The position numbers were made by a program, and so were the translations under genes. From a virus, in IMG/VR virus record IMGVR_UViG_3300036770_005214, positions 44,123-108,122 of that record: a stretch of DNA of 64,000 bases; one strand, written 5' to 3'. This document shows positions 41,101 through 48,930 of the stretch, piece after piece. Positions within the stretch are counted from its first letter, which is position 1; every line of letters starts with the position of its first letter. Under the pieces are notes generated by a model. The model was not told where the DNA came from. It saw nothing but the letters and a program-made list of their open reading frames with translations, and did no database searches.

Positions 41101-41218
41101 GACGGCTGGCTTCCTTGGCCACATCGGACCAGGACGTGCAGCCCTCGGGCAGAGGACCAGACTGGCCCGAGAGCCACGCGACGAAACCGTCAAAGGTGGG
41201 CAGGGAAGGAGCGGTCAT
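35117..41218 (-). CDS. DarB-like N6-adenine methyltransferase fused to SNF2 helicase
   Basis: YTGWGG, QYFTP, VLEPSAGIG, ISNPPF; helicase VGAGKT, IVDEAHYYKN, TATPLKNS, EGLNLQ, EQREGRAIRQGN. Confidence 0.9.
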   Translation of the reverse strand: MTAPSLPTFDGFVAWLSGQSGPLPEGCTSWSDVAKEASRRRGNLEAALMGYTGTHIEDPGDSMDFHRWSTPRRLRWNLNALRAYRAAKEGAPTSRAVLARSLRAYTGWGGFTRLLSQLSPGSGLFAPEFEEAIVAWSEATRLGRAPSPAVLATEEAIRTQYFTPLAVCGVMWDYARRLVSGPIRNVLEPSAGIGRMIDATPLDNADVRFQVVEYDPRLAEMLALRFQGREVQVHSSMFEAFRYQGEGFDLAISNPPFMDRSRKALAVDRKDVDRAEHYSLLKSLKLLRPGGVLVTLTPWSLVQATSKDQMKFREEMLVQGDFRGAVALPSEVFPDVPGVFCIQAWTRRAVNRSGAEARDLSRVPYHFEESNILGTYQEGYRGGSIVGTFDPTIALAAVFRAADRTSVDPGVPFMVSSIPGSTAAPAPTTTRPGRPTAAPARPSKRPPTDYRYHTARLLGNRLFVYYQRLSSPEKLTLAEVGRVELLTDLQDFAAKWGDVSEGFSDLPEQARRGWEQYLRDGVQETPIVSVEEYPRNTENLSLFDLVAYYCRLRGYCDEQDLQRHYPDADEGLVFSLIRAGIFIEPSEQGFRYYTEEHYLTGNLTDRLAVTSRVIDMAEIDNAEVMERLREGVTRLQALLGAQNVLSVGVAPRSGIVPIETVAEWVKSFCGNNSFLLTFDGVRYDIRVKDEDAVSPDTSLMTLHEYETGDKARAKDETAKEMKRTQEAQRAAEVELAAKVLGYLNREEKVDIGRSSQKQVFENNIGFSGRVAQEQAIEASFTGWLSIPDNQAYLDQIEVIYSERMPQQRGRLYSTEPYPLARQNPDITLHAHQNQTVRWQRERVGGLIFDAVGAGKTFLSFSSIAMWRQTGRARRVVIVVPNNTLAQWYTQTLRFLPDYRICLVGITAGKDDSPETRSEKWRAFADGHFDVLICGHTGFLRDVFPDGEKSRKLIMDQAWIRRGLSQRLKLLRVVKAKLEEAEAKLRLRPRDEELLKKKKNLEEQVTKLTPTDRELLDAVAEGQAKGETDFRVKDSANLISWEAILAPDTAIIVDEAHYYKNLWYPSPRMGASTIAFLGSTKKEKGDEEEGGGLTKLCWDLLFKTRELFEARGDGQGVMLMTATPLKNSPIELYNLGEYVSDDLWPRMGIQHKEEFIDRYLEIGETNTAGVFDLTPKVGPGVLKFKEAPLRELLSALAPIMQRRTKADLTNAGILRLPDVDKTTLAVTMRDEQAKISDALRTAMELRMARKAAGKEAAASGSWVDTIEDPELRDVAYSLRKVQVTEDVEAALTLISMSMMIKVAIDPRLILLDYYDVTDTPEEQRVLKRMQEKGETKLKRDKKDDGKDEKDGEKKAEKKRSDAALDAYAHLFDVMEACGLSLPNDLISTKLPEKLTQTVRQIVADNAERAAAGLPPFGTLIFLDSVEAHGWLIDALVAAGIRRDRIKSITGNVDKTKRDEIANGKRDEKTGGWVNGGFNGVDEEINPITQEREQDACPPAYDILIGTSRAMAEGLNLQRRTGSLYHLSYTWEPATIEQREGRAIRQGNTLSLVKIYNVVSSQSFDGILMNAAQGKAEWQNEIFTGNAPNFQTDGSDREEMLIRFVVRNPERAEAMFADIRKKQEYQRRMSARRQAWSAVRNALNSVGIARQQEDEKKREEKLDGVRYALRNASAAMLSCIPSEAIEGLMAGQMVFPDLVTGVVYRDRGNLLRNAEGEKKVYIAQVYPGDSSFRVIFREEGKLQLSTAVLYAPGFAGNISKAATPGDDPPDWSIIHPPNFGQLGAPSFVAERAEPIAWSERTEFAEAPPNLVTIFQALIETRRDVWHKRAAKAALMAWNRLSVQQVQEAAAKGSSYYEMGIFFEAVKAMYSSTYFSWAGVFVEGEDFSPIQSGIFLRLPDGKIAFCSCLSNPKYYNNYESAEKAFERVMQPKDDGDFTTIVESFESGNFEFWRNLMGKVVAVGDLSESSAQRLLASFVWTLRKMWDRRLPRSLIALVLKSISEWPNEKLKDSVYRLREYEEGERPVGLLLPRASEG

Positions 41219-41234
41219 GGCGCGGGCACTCCGG

Positions 41235-41564
41235 TCAGGCTGCTTCGCCAAGGGTCTCGACGTAGCGGGAGTAGTAGGGACGCAGCATCGCGATGACCTG
41301 ATCGTCCGTCATCTCGGACAAGGGGACCACCGCTGGGGGAGTGTACCCCGGAAGTGTGATGCCCTTGCGCTGGTAGATACGCGCACCGTACCCGTTCACC
41401 AAGGACAGGTAGTGGTTGATGATCAGCTTCTCGATCCCCGGCGCCGCTGCCGGGCTCTTCGCTCGGAGAGCATTGACCACGTTGACGATGGTCTGCGCAA
41501 GCCCTGGAGCCCCGCTCGCAGTATACAGGGCTAGGATGCCCTCAATAGCCTGTTCGTAGTTCAT
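41235..41564 (-). CDS. Hypothetical protein
   Basis: GAGG RBS; co-directional with the DarB-like gene. Confidence 0.6.
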   Translation of the reverse strand: MNYEQAIEGILALYTASGAPGLAQTIVNVVNALRAKSPAAAPGIEKLIINHYLSLVNGYGARIYQRKGITLPGYTPPAVVPLSEMTDDQVIAMLRPYYSRYVETLGEAA

Positions 41565-41572
41565 CTGCTACC

Positions 41573-43069
41573 TCACCGATACCGACGGGTGCGGAGGGAT
41601 TCTCCCCCAAAGGCGGCTTGTACTGCTGCGGCCCCTTGATCCAAAGCGCCCTGGAGTGCTGCGAGCAGTGCCGCCACTTCAGCGTCACCCGAGACTGCGG
41701 GCGCCGGTGCGGGAGCCGGTGCGGGGGTCATGGTCATGGGGGGAGGCGCCACGGTCACGACGGGGGGCGGCGGCTCCTCGATCACAACCGGAGCGACCGG
41801 GACCGACACGGGCGCCTGCACGGGCCGCGCCGGCACGTCCGCATCGAACTGCGGAAGGAAGGACGGGGCCACCTTGGCGATGTGCTTTCGGAAGTTGGCA
41901 CGAACCACCGGGATCATTCCGGCAAGGAACGCAGCCCCACGTCCATCGGCCACCGCCGCACGGTAGTCGTTCAGCATCGCGTCAAACTTGCTGGGCGCGG
42001 CTGGTGCGGCTGGTGCGGGCGGAGGGCGAACCGGTGCGGGCGGAGGGCGGACCGGTGCGGGGGTCGGAGCGGGCGCCGGGGTCGGAGCGGGCGCCGCGGC
42101 CCGGTAGGCCTTCGCGGCGTTGTAAAGCTCCCGCACCTCGGGCGAGGCCTTCGACGCCATGAGGCCGCCGATGCCCCGGCGATCGGGGATCGAAAGGCTG
42201 CCAAGCCAAGCGTTCAAGTGGGCGAGGTCGTTGCCGGTCTTGCGGGCCTCGGCGAGGAACTGGGTGATCAAGCTCGCCTCCTGGGGGGCTACCGCTTGCT
42301 GCTTGATGCTGTCCATGACGGCCTTGAAGACCTCGCGGACTTCGGAGGGAGTGTCCCCCCGCCGCATCTTGCCAGCGAGCACCGCACGGGTCGGACCCGG
42401 CATGGCCATGACGTAACTCACCGCGCCGCCAAAGCCCCCTGCGTTGTAGGCATCGGCGAACGCCACGACGACCGGATCGGGCTGCGCCATGACGGGAGGC
42501 GCCTCGACGGCCATCGGGGGCGCCTCGACGAACACGGGAGCGGCTTGCACGACTGGCGGCGAGTAGACGACGGTGGGCGTCGGCGCTTCGACCATCGCGA
42601 GGGCCGGGGGAACCTCGGGAGCGGGGCGCTGACGGCGGGCGGGGCGCTGGCCAGCCGGCTTGGTCGGCTTCGCCACGTCGCGACGCAGCCCCATCTCGGC
42701 GCTGGTCATCGGGAGCGGCGAGCACCGAGCGGGGGGAACGCCCTCGGCCGGCTCGCGGTGCTGCTCGGTGGTCCCGTTGATGTGGTAGGTCTTCGACTCG
42801 AACTCACCCGTCGTGTCGGTGAAGTCGACGCGAAGCTCCACATCATACGCGAGGCACTCGCCCACACGCTCCCGCACGACCTGGAGCGCCTGCGCCTTGC
42901 TGGTCAACTCGACCTGCCCGCTCTGCGCCTCCAGCTTGGTGCCGCTGCGGTTGTACGCAAGCTGCTGGACTACCCAGACCCACTTGGGGCGGTTCCGCGC
43001 ACCCTCCGCCGTGACGGGCTCGATGGCGAGGATCAACAAGGCCTTGGCGTTCGGATGACTCGGCTTCAT
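41573..43069 (-). CDS. Pro/Ala-rich protein with repeated small helical domains
   Basis: PAP linkers separating three helical units; start uncertain. Confidence 0.65.
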   Translation of the reverse strand: MKPSHPNAKALLILAIEPVTAEGARNRPKWVWVVQQLAYNRSGTKLEAQSGQVELTSKAQALQVVRERVGECLAYDVELRVDFTDTTGEFESKTYHINGTTEQHREPAEGVPPARCSPLPMTSAEMGLRRDVAKPTKPAGQRPARRQRPAPEVPPALAMVEAPTPTVVYSPPVVQAAPVFVEAPPMAVEAPPVMAQPDPVVVAFADAYNAGGFGGAVSYVMAMPGPTRAVLAGKMRRGDTPSEVREVFKAVMDSIKQQAVAPQEASLITQFLAEARKTGNDLAHLNAWLGSLSIPDRRGIGGLMASKASPEVRELYNAAKAYRAAAPAPTPAPAPTPAPVRPPPAPVRPPPAPAAPAAPSKFDAMLNDYRAAVADGRGAAFLAGMIPVVRANFRKHIAKVAPSFLPQFDADVPARPVQAPVSVPVAPVVIEEPPPPVVTVAPPPMTMTPAPAPAPAPAVSGDAEVAALLAALQGALDQGAAAVQAAFGGESLRTRRYR

Positions 43070-43195
43070 CGGAGGACCCCGAAAACAGTTGGGGGGCAAG
43101 TGGCCCGCTATAGACCCCTTACCCCCCTTCTATCCGTAGGTCAATCCCTTCACAGGTCCGACCGACCTAGCCCCGCCTGCTGCGAGGCTTTACGG

Positions 43196-45160
43196 TCAAC
43201 GCTTCGACGTCCGACGCTTGGGGGCGGACCGCTTCTTGACCGCGCCGTGCTTCCGACGAGCCGTGCGGAGCGCCGCCTCCGCCACCACATCGCCAACCGC
43301 GGGGAGAGCCGCAGAGGACTTCGCCTTGGTGGTCTTGGCCTTGGTGGTCTTGGCCTTGGTGGTCTTGGCAGGCCGCGCCTTGATGCTGCGCTCCCCGGGG
43401 AGCTTGCGCTTGGGGTTCTCCCGAACCCAGTTGTCCTGCGCAATACTCAAGGGGTAGCCCATCTTAATCTGGGCCGCGATGTACTTCTGGTAGCTGGTCC
43501 TGCGGGTTCCGGCCTTCGCCTTGGAGGCCTTGGTGCTCTTGCCCTTGGTGCTCTTGCCCTTGGTGGTCTTCTTGATCACTTCGGTCTTCGCAGTCTCGCC
43601 CTTGTGAGCCCGCCAAGCCGCCGCCGCTTCCTTCATGGACTTGCCAGCCTTACGCTGCGCGGCCACGAACTTGTTGTAGGCGCTGACCTTGCGGGTTCCA
43701 GACTTCGCCTTGGAGGCCTTCGGCTTCGCGGTCTTCGGCTTCGAGGTCTTCGGCTTCGCGGTCTTCTTCACAGTCTTCTTGGCGGTCGTGCCGGACTGCG
43801 CACGCCATGCGGCTGCCGCCTGCGCCATCGTCTTGCCAGCCTTCATCTGGGCCCCGACGAACTTGTTGTAGGCGCTGACCCCAGCCCCGGTCGTCAGTTC
43901 CGAGAGCCCAGCGGCCATCACAGCTTCATCCCACTCCCTCTTCTCCCTTTCAGTCATAGCGTTGGAACGACGACGACGAGCACCCGCTCCCAGCCCCCCG
44001 CCCACTGGGCGCCCTGGCAGATTGTTGACCCACTCATCGAGATACTTGTTGTAGGCGCTGACCTTGCGGGTTCCCGTCTTGCGGGTCTTGCGGGTCTTGC
44101 GGGTCTTGCGGGCCTTACGGGCCTTGGGCGCCGCCTCCGCGGCGGTGGTGGTCTTGGCCTTGGTGCTCTTCGCCTTCCGACGTACCGTGACCTTGGTTCC
44201 AATCCGCTTCTTCGTGGACTTGGTGCAGACGTAGCGGGTGCCTTCCTTGGTGTAGGTGCAGACCTCCTTCGAGCCCTCCACCGTCATCACCACCTGGACG
44301 CCAGTGCGGCACCAAGCGCGGATGAGGCGCTGGAGACCCTTCTTCTGGGCCGCAGCAGAGCCTTCCAGCGACCCCGTGACGGTCTTGGTGCCCCGACGCA
44401 CGCTCACAGAGCGAACGCCATCCTTTGCGGCTCCGATGTGGATCCGAACCGACGTAATCTTCCTGGCCATAGCTCGCTCCTTATTGCCTTCTTCGGCGGC
44501 GATGTGGGTTGCCCGACGGCTCCCGGCAAGGGTGCTCGACGAGACGATGCGGTCACCCCGCTTGACGTAGGTGTACTGCCGTCCAGACTCCTCGTCCTCG
44601 ACAAGGACCTTGGAACCTGGAGTAGCCCACTTTTCGATCAGTTCTTGCATCACAGAACGCTGCGCCCTCGCATCGCCCATGAGCGGAGTGTTGCTGTACT
44701 TGTCTTTCCCAGTGCTGGGATCGGTGTAAGTGACCTGCACAAAGCGCAGGCGCTTGCCGTCCTCTTTCGTGACGACCATGCGGACCAAGTAGACGTGGCC
44801 CTCAACGACCTTCCGCTTGGCTTTCTTGGGGCTCTTGCCAGCAGAGTCGGCGCTCTTCATGGACCCTCCGCGCGGGGACACCGGGGCGAAACTGCCATCG
44901 TCCTGCCGGCCGTAGGTCACGGTCTTTCCAGTCGCCTCGTAGGTGACGATGACCTTATTGCCCTTGTACCTCTGAATCTGATCTTCAAGGTCCGCTCGCC
45001 GTTCGGCCTCCGTATTGCCCCGGATAAAAGTCCCTTGGCCAGAGATCCGCTCTCCCCGTGCGCCCAGTTGTTGAACGCTCACATTCCGCCGTAGGTTGTG
45101 AACGCTCTTGCCCACGGACATCCGAACCAAACTGACCGCGACTGACTTCCGTGCAGGCAT
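43196..45160 (-). CDS. Highly basic DNA-condensing protein (H1-like tails, HMG/YABBY-like SAYNKF repeats)
   Basis: K/R/T/A-rich repeats (KTTKA, RKT, AKPKT) and four S[AY]YNK/YQK..W units. Confidence 0.75.
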   Translation of the reverse strand: MPARKSVAVSLVRMSVGKSVHNLRRNVSVQQLGARGERISGQGTFIRGNTEAERRADLEDQIQRYKGNKVIVTYEATGKTVTYGRQDDGSFAPVSPRGGSMKSADSAGKSPKKAKRKVVEGHVYLVRMVVTKEDGKRLRFVQVTYTDPSTGKDKYSNTPLMGDARAQRSVMQELIEKWATPGSKVLVEDEESGRQYTYVKRGDRIVSSSTLAGSRRATHIAAEEGNKERAMARKITSVRIHIGAAKDGVRSVSVRRGTKTVTGSLEGSAAAQKKGLQRLIRAWCRTGVQVVMTVEGSKEVCTYTKEGTRYVCTKSTKKRIGTKVTVRRKAKSTKAKTTTAAEAAPKARKARKTRKTRKTRKTGTRKVSAYNKYLDEWVNNLPGRPVGGGLGAGARRRRSNAMTEREKREWDEAVMAAGLSELTTGAGVSAYNKFVGAQMKAGKTMAQAAAAWRAQSGTTAKKTVKKTAKPKTSKPKTAKPKASKAKSGTRKVSAYNKFVAAQRKAGKSMKEAAAAWRAHKGETAKTEVIKKTTKGKSTKGKSTKASKAKAGTRRTSYQKYIAAQIKMGYPLSIAQDNWVRENPKRKLPGERSIKARPAKTTKAKTTKAKTTKAKSSAALPAVGDVVAEAALRTARRKHGAVKKRSAPKRRTSKR

Positions 45161-45212
45161 CCGATCTCCCAAGGTACCGCACCGTTGGTATCAGAATGGG
45201 CCTTGAAACTGC

Positions 45213-45244
45213 AAACGGTAGCCCCCCATTGAGGAGCTACCGTT
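45213..45244 (-). terminator. Intrinsic terminator-like hairpin
   Basis: Minus strand ACGGTAGCTCCTC-AAT-GGGGGGCTACCGT then TT. Confidence 0.6.
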
Positions 45245-45289
45245 GTGCGCGGCGCGAATAGGATGTGAGCCAGGAAACTAGGCTGTCAG

Positions 45290-45955
45290 CTACTCCTCGT
45301 CGTCGTAGTCGCCGTCGTCGTCCAGATAGTCGTTGTCTTGCGGCTCGTCCTCGTCCTCAAACTCGGCATTGTCCTCGGCTTCTTCCATGAGCGCCGTTTC
45401 GACTTGGCGCAACATGGCGCGCACTGCACGACCCATCTGCGCAGGGCGAACGCGGATGGGCTCCAGGTAAGGAACAGCCTGGACACTGCGCTTTCCGTTG
45501 CGCTCGGTCTCCTCAAAACGGAACGGCTGCAAGGCGAGACCTTGCGCATCCAGTTGGAGGTTCAAGCGGATCGCACCGCCGAACCGGCGCCCCAGAATGG
45601 CCGCGAGACGGCGCCCGAAGGCGTCGCCCTGGTCCGCGAACGAGGCAGCGCCCCCGACGTCTTCCTGGGCCGTTTCTGCCCCACCAGAGGCCACCGGGGG
45701 AGCATCGGAGGCGACGGGCTGTTGCTGCGCGGCGAGTTGGGTGAGCAGGCCCCGCGCTTCGGGGTTGGAGAGGAGCATCGGCAAGATCTTCTGGATGGGC
45801 GACCAGTCGCCACCAGCGATCCGCTGAATGTCATCGGGGCCCAATCCGGCTTGCATGGCAAGCTCCAGAAAGTTCACCCCACCACTCGACTGCGCTGCGC
45901 TCTCCATCGGAGTCTCCTGTGCCTTGCTCGGCTTCGCCGGCTGCTTTCGGGTCAT
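45290..45955 (-). CDS. Hypothetical protein with acidic C-terminal tail
   Basis: Ends EDEDEPQDNDYLDDDGDYDDEE. Confidence 0.6.
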   Translation of the reverse strand: MTRKQPAKPSKAQETPMESAAQSSGGVNFLELAMQAGLGPDDIQRIAGGDWSPIQKILPMLLSNPEARGLLTQLAAQQQPVASDAPPVASGGAETAQEDVGGAASFADQGDAFGRRLAAILGRRFGGAIRLNLQLDAQGLALQPFRFEETERNGKRSVQAVPYLEPIRVRPAQMGRAVRAMLRQVETALMEEAEDNAEFEDEDEPQDNDYLDDDGDYDDEE

Positions 45956-45965
45956 GGGTTCCATC

Positions 45966-46286
45966 CTACTCGAAGTTGTTGCGGAGGCATGGCAGCACCC
46001 CAGGCGGGATGACCTGCGCTCCGAAGCCATAGCCGGCCAGTGCATACGTCCGAACGGTCAGGTTGGAACCCTTGACCTCCGTAACGGTGCTCACCGTGAT
46101 GCCCCGACGGTCGAAGTGGTGCAGGATGCGCCGGACGTAGCTCTCCGACACACCCAGACGCTCCGCGATCTTCGACGCGGTGGCGGGCCAGTAGCCCGTG
46201 AGCAAGAGCAAGACGATGCGAGCGCCCGTCTCGGCGCCCGATCGACCTCGCTTGGTCTCTTCGCTCAGGTCACGGTCTTGCGGCAT
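45966..46286 (-). CDS. Winged-helix HTH protein
   Basis: PATASKIAERLGVSESYVRRILHHF. Confidence 0.75.
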   Translation of the reverse strand: MPQDRDLSEETKRGRSGAETGARIVLLLLTGYWPATASKIAERLGVSESYVRRILHHFDRRGITVSTVTEVKGSNLTVRTYALAGYGFGAQVIPPGVLPCLRNNFE

Positions 46287-46335
46287 CCCTTATGGGGTAA
46301 CGCGCCCCTTCCTGATACGCCACAACCCTTATGGG

Positions 46336-46788
46336 CTACCAGCGCCGGCCATTCCGCTGGGGGATGGGATCGTTGATCTCCACCGTTTCGCCGTCCGTAT
46401 CGCGCAGGAGTGCGCCGACCTGCACGCCCCCCGAAGAGGTCGCCCGGCGACTCCGCGAACGCCCCGACTCGGGCGTGAGCAGCACTTGACCCGTGTCCAA
46501 CCGCTCCGCCTTCCACCGCCGGCCTCGTTGCACGGCGATGCGGAGACCTTCCACGATCTCCTTCTCTTGCCAATCGTCCCGCGGAGCCACCGCAGCGATG
46601 GGCGTCTCGTACTCGCCGCCTTCCCAGTAGGCAGGGGACCAGCCGCCCGGACGGTCCGTCGTGTAGACGCTCGCCGAGGCGTTCGCCGCCGAGAAGCCGC
46701 CGGGGTTGACCGAGTTCGCGGTGATGTACCCCGCGTGCTCACCGATCCGTGCGAGCATCTGCCCATTCACCCGTCCGATGCGCCGCAT
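46336..46788 (-). CDS. Putative virion protein (MRRIG tag)
   Basis: Starts MRRIGRVNG..RIGEH; TGATG coupling. Confidence 0.55.
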   Translation of the reverse strand: MRRIGRVNGQMLARIGEHAGYITANSVNPGGFSAANASASVYTTDRPGGWSPAYWEGGEYETPIAAVAPRDDWQEKEIVEGLRIAVQRGRRWKAERLDTGQVLLTPESGRSRSRRATSSGGVQVGALLRDTDGETVEINDPIPQRNGRRW

Positions 46789-47096
46789 CACGACTCCCCA
46801 CGCGCCGGAACCCGCGGCGCTTGCACAGGGTAACCCATGAACGTGGTAGGAGGCTTGCCCTCCGTCCACCGCTCTACCACGAGTGTCAGCTTGCCCTGCG
46901 AAAGTCCCGTGCGGACCTTGGCACGCTTCCCTCCCAACCCTTCCAGCCTTCGCGCCGCGATGCGAGGACGACGCCGCCCCGCCCGGTCCGCGATGCGCTT
47001 CCGCCGTGCGTCCCGAGCTTCGGTGACGTTACGGCTGAAGTCGAAAGCCGTGTTGATGCTCGTGAGCACCAGCACGATGTTGGTGAGGAAGCCCAC
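46788..47096 (-). CDS. Basic hypothetical protein with hydrophobic N-terminus
   Basis: GGAG RBS, operon context. Confidence 0.55.
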   Translation of the reverse strand: MGFLTNIVLVLTSINTAFDFSRNVTEARDARRKRIADRAGRRRPRIAARRLEGLGGKRAKVRTGLSQGKLTLVVERWTEGKPPTTFMGYPVQAPRVPARGES

Positions 47097-47099
47097 GCG

Positions 47100-47378
47100 T
47101 CACTCCCCCGCGTCGCCGCGAGAGGGCCAATCCAACAGGTTGTAGTTTTGGTACAACTTGTCGATGTCCACGCCGACGTCCGCCAGCTTCTCTTCCTTCC
47201 GCCGGAGCTTCGCGACTTCGCGCTCAATCCGAATGTGCTGCTTGAGGACGTCCTGGGTCCGCCGCCGAATCTTGTTGACCTCGCGGACCTCCGCCGGATC
47301 CCAGAAAGCGCCCACCGCGTTGTGTTGCCACATGCCTAACTCCTCTAGTTGTTTGTACTTTTCTTGGAAGTCGTACAC
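47100..47378 (-). CDS. Small coiled-coil protein
   Basis: Overlaps the upstream stop; operon context. Confidence 0.5.
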   Translation of the reverse strand: MYDFQEKYKQLEELGMWQHNAVGAFWDPAEVREVNKIRRRTQDVLKQHIRIEREVAKLRRKEEKLADVGVDIDKLYQNYNLLDWPSRGDAGE

Positions 47379-48313
47379 TACACATCCGCGAAGATGACCA
47401 CCGAACCGCCGTCCGTTGGCTCCACTTGCAAAGCACCGCGAGCCTTCGTGTTGATGCCGTACTTCAGCGCCTTGGCAAGGGCCAGATTGTTAATCATCGT
47501 CGCCTTGTCGGGAGCATGGGTCACCGTGACCGCCGAGCCGTCAAAGCGGTTGTTGTCGACGATGACCGTGCTCTCCCGAGGTTCCGAGACGGGGTAGCCG
47601 TTTTCCGCCAGAATGGTGCTGAACTCGGTCACCGCATCGGCCACCGCCCCGACGTAGCCCGTCCCAGGGGTAGCCGGCGTGGTCACATAGCGGTTGATCA
47701 GGAAGCCCACGAGCGCCCCGATCCCAGTCGCCACCCCGCGGTTCTTGCGGGCCACCGCATAACCAACCCCAGCCCCCACGAGCGAGTACAAGAGCGGGCC
47801 TGCTTCAGTCCCGAACCCCGCCGCCGCCGCGTCCTTCTTCTTGAACTTCTCCCGCACCGAGGTCACCGCCTTGGCGGTCCCTTGCTTCACGCTAGAGGCT
47901 GCTTTCGCAGTCCCTTGCTTCACACTGTAGGCCACCTTGTCAGCTACCTCGCCAGACTTGCGGAAGAACAGGCGACCGCCGACAGCGTGCAGGCGCCCAT
48001 AGGGTCCGGGCACCTTGTCGGCGCGCAAGAGCGCGGCCGTAGTCTCGTTCACCTTGTCGGACAAGTGCTGAAGCTCTTTGTAGAAGGGAGTACGGCTTTG
48101 CTTCCCATTCGGGTCTTTCTTCAGAACGTAGGCGGAGAAGAACGCGTTTAGTTTCGAGACGGCTCTTTCGATCTCCTGGAGATTCCCGGAGCCCATGCCG
48201 TACTCGTACATGGAAGTCTGCAAACCCACCAGCGGAGACGGATCAGCGTCGTAAGCGGTATTGTAGAAGTCCTCGACAGCGCCCACCGAGCTAATCATCC
48301 CGATGCGTTGCAT
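47378..48313 (-). CDS. Putative virion membrane protein, paralog A
   Basis: MQRIG start; two TM helices PLLYSLVGAGVGYAVA / GIGALVGFL; extra domain after YVG. Confidence 0.7.
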   Translation of the reverse strand: MQRIGMISSVGAVEDFYNTAYDADPSPLVGLQTSMYEYGMGSGNLQEIERAVSKLNAFFSAYVLKKDPNGKQSRTPFYKELQHLSDKVNETTAALLRADKVPGPYGRLHAVGGRLFFRKSGEVADKVAYSVKQGTAKAASSVKQGTAKAVTSVREKFKKKDAAAAGFGTEAGPLLYSLVGAGVGYAVARKNRGVATGIGALVGFLINRYVTTPATPGTGYVGAVADAVTEFSTILAENGYPVSEPRESTVIVDNNRFDGSAVTVTHAPDKATMINNLALAKALKYGINTKARGALQVEPTDGGSVVIFADV

Positions 48314-48339
48314 GTGCGTCTCTCCAGGTCAGTAAGGGA

Positions 48340-48915
48340 CTATTGCCGTAGGGCTTGGTTGGCCAGGAAGCCCACGAGCGCCCCAACACCAGCGGCCATT
48401 CCGCGGTTCTTGCGGGCCACCGCGTAGCCGACACCCGCTCCCATGAGCGAGTACAACAGCGGCGCCGAGTCAGACCCGAACCCAGCGGACTCGGCCCCCT
48501 TCCCAGCGCGGGGCTGGACCCCTGGACCCAGAGAGACCCGCGCTCCAGGATCCCGGAAGGACAGACGACCGTTGGTAACGGTAAGACGCCCATGTGGGCC
48601 GGGCACCCCGTCGCGTCGCAGATCGAACGCCACGAGTTGATTCACTGCGGCAGCGTATTCTTCAAGCTCTTTATAGAACAAGTCACGAGGCTTGCCCGAG
48701 GCCTCTTTCTCTGAAACGTAGTCAGAAAAATAATCGTTCACTTTCTTGATCTCAAACTGAACATCCCCGATGCCCCTTTCGCCTCGGTACATCATAAGAA
48801 TGGTCTGCTTCAAGGAATCGTAGGCTCTTCCCCCAGGACCGGGGGAGATAGCGTTCTCCCAAGCGTACAATCCCCTGGCCTCGCTCACTGACCCAATCAT
48901 TCCGATGCGTTGCAT
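48340..48915 (-). CDS. Putative virion membrane protein, paralog B
   Basis: MQRIG start; shares FYKEL, VPGP.GRL, AGFG and the TM pair with paralog A. Confidence 0.7.
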   Translation of the reverse strand: MQRIGMIGSVSEARGLYAWENAISPGPGGRAYDSLKQTILMMYRGERGIGDVQFEIKKVNDYFSDYVSEKEASGKPRDLFYKELEEYAAAVNQLVAFDLRRDGVPGPHGRLTVTNGRLSFRDPGARVSLGPGVQPRAGKGAESAGFGSDSAPLLYSLMGAGVGYAVARKNRGMAAGVGALVGFLANQALRQ

Positions 48916-48930
48916 GTGCAGATCTCCGAG

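Noticed and set aside
37769-41296. 665-aa and 478-aa plus-strand ORFs
   Set aside because: Antisense to the motif-rich DarB-like gene
43300-44130. Short direct repeats as a possible CRISPR array or DGR repeat pair
   Set aside because: They are in-frame coding repeats with no unique spacers; no cas or reverse transcriptase gene in the window
41618-45094. 1158-aa plus-strand ORF
   Set aside because: Antisense to two low-complexity genes; L/G/R-rich mirror translation
45161-45172. MGDRM as another [DE]R[LM] tag
   Set aside because: Depends on an upstream TTG; the likely start is ATG 45160 behind GGAG, so it is probably not translated
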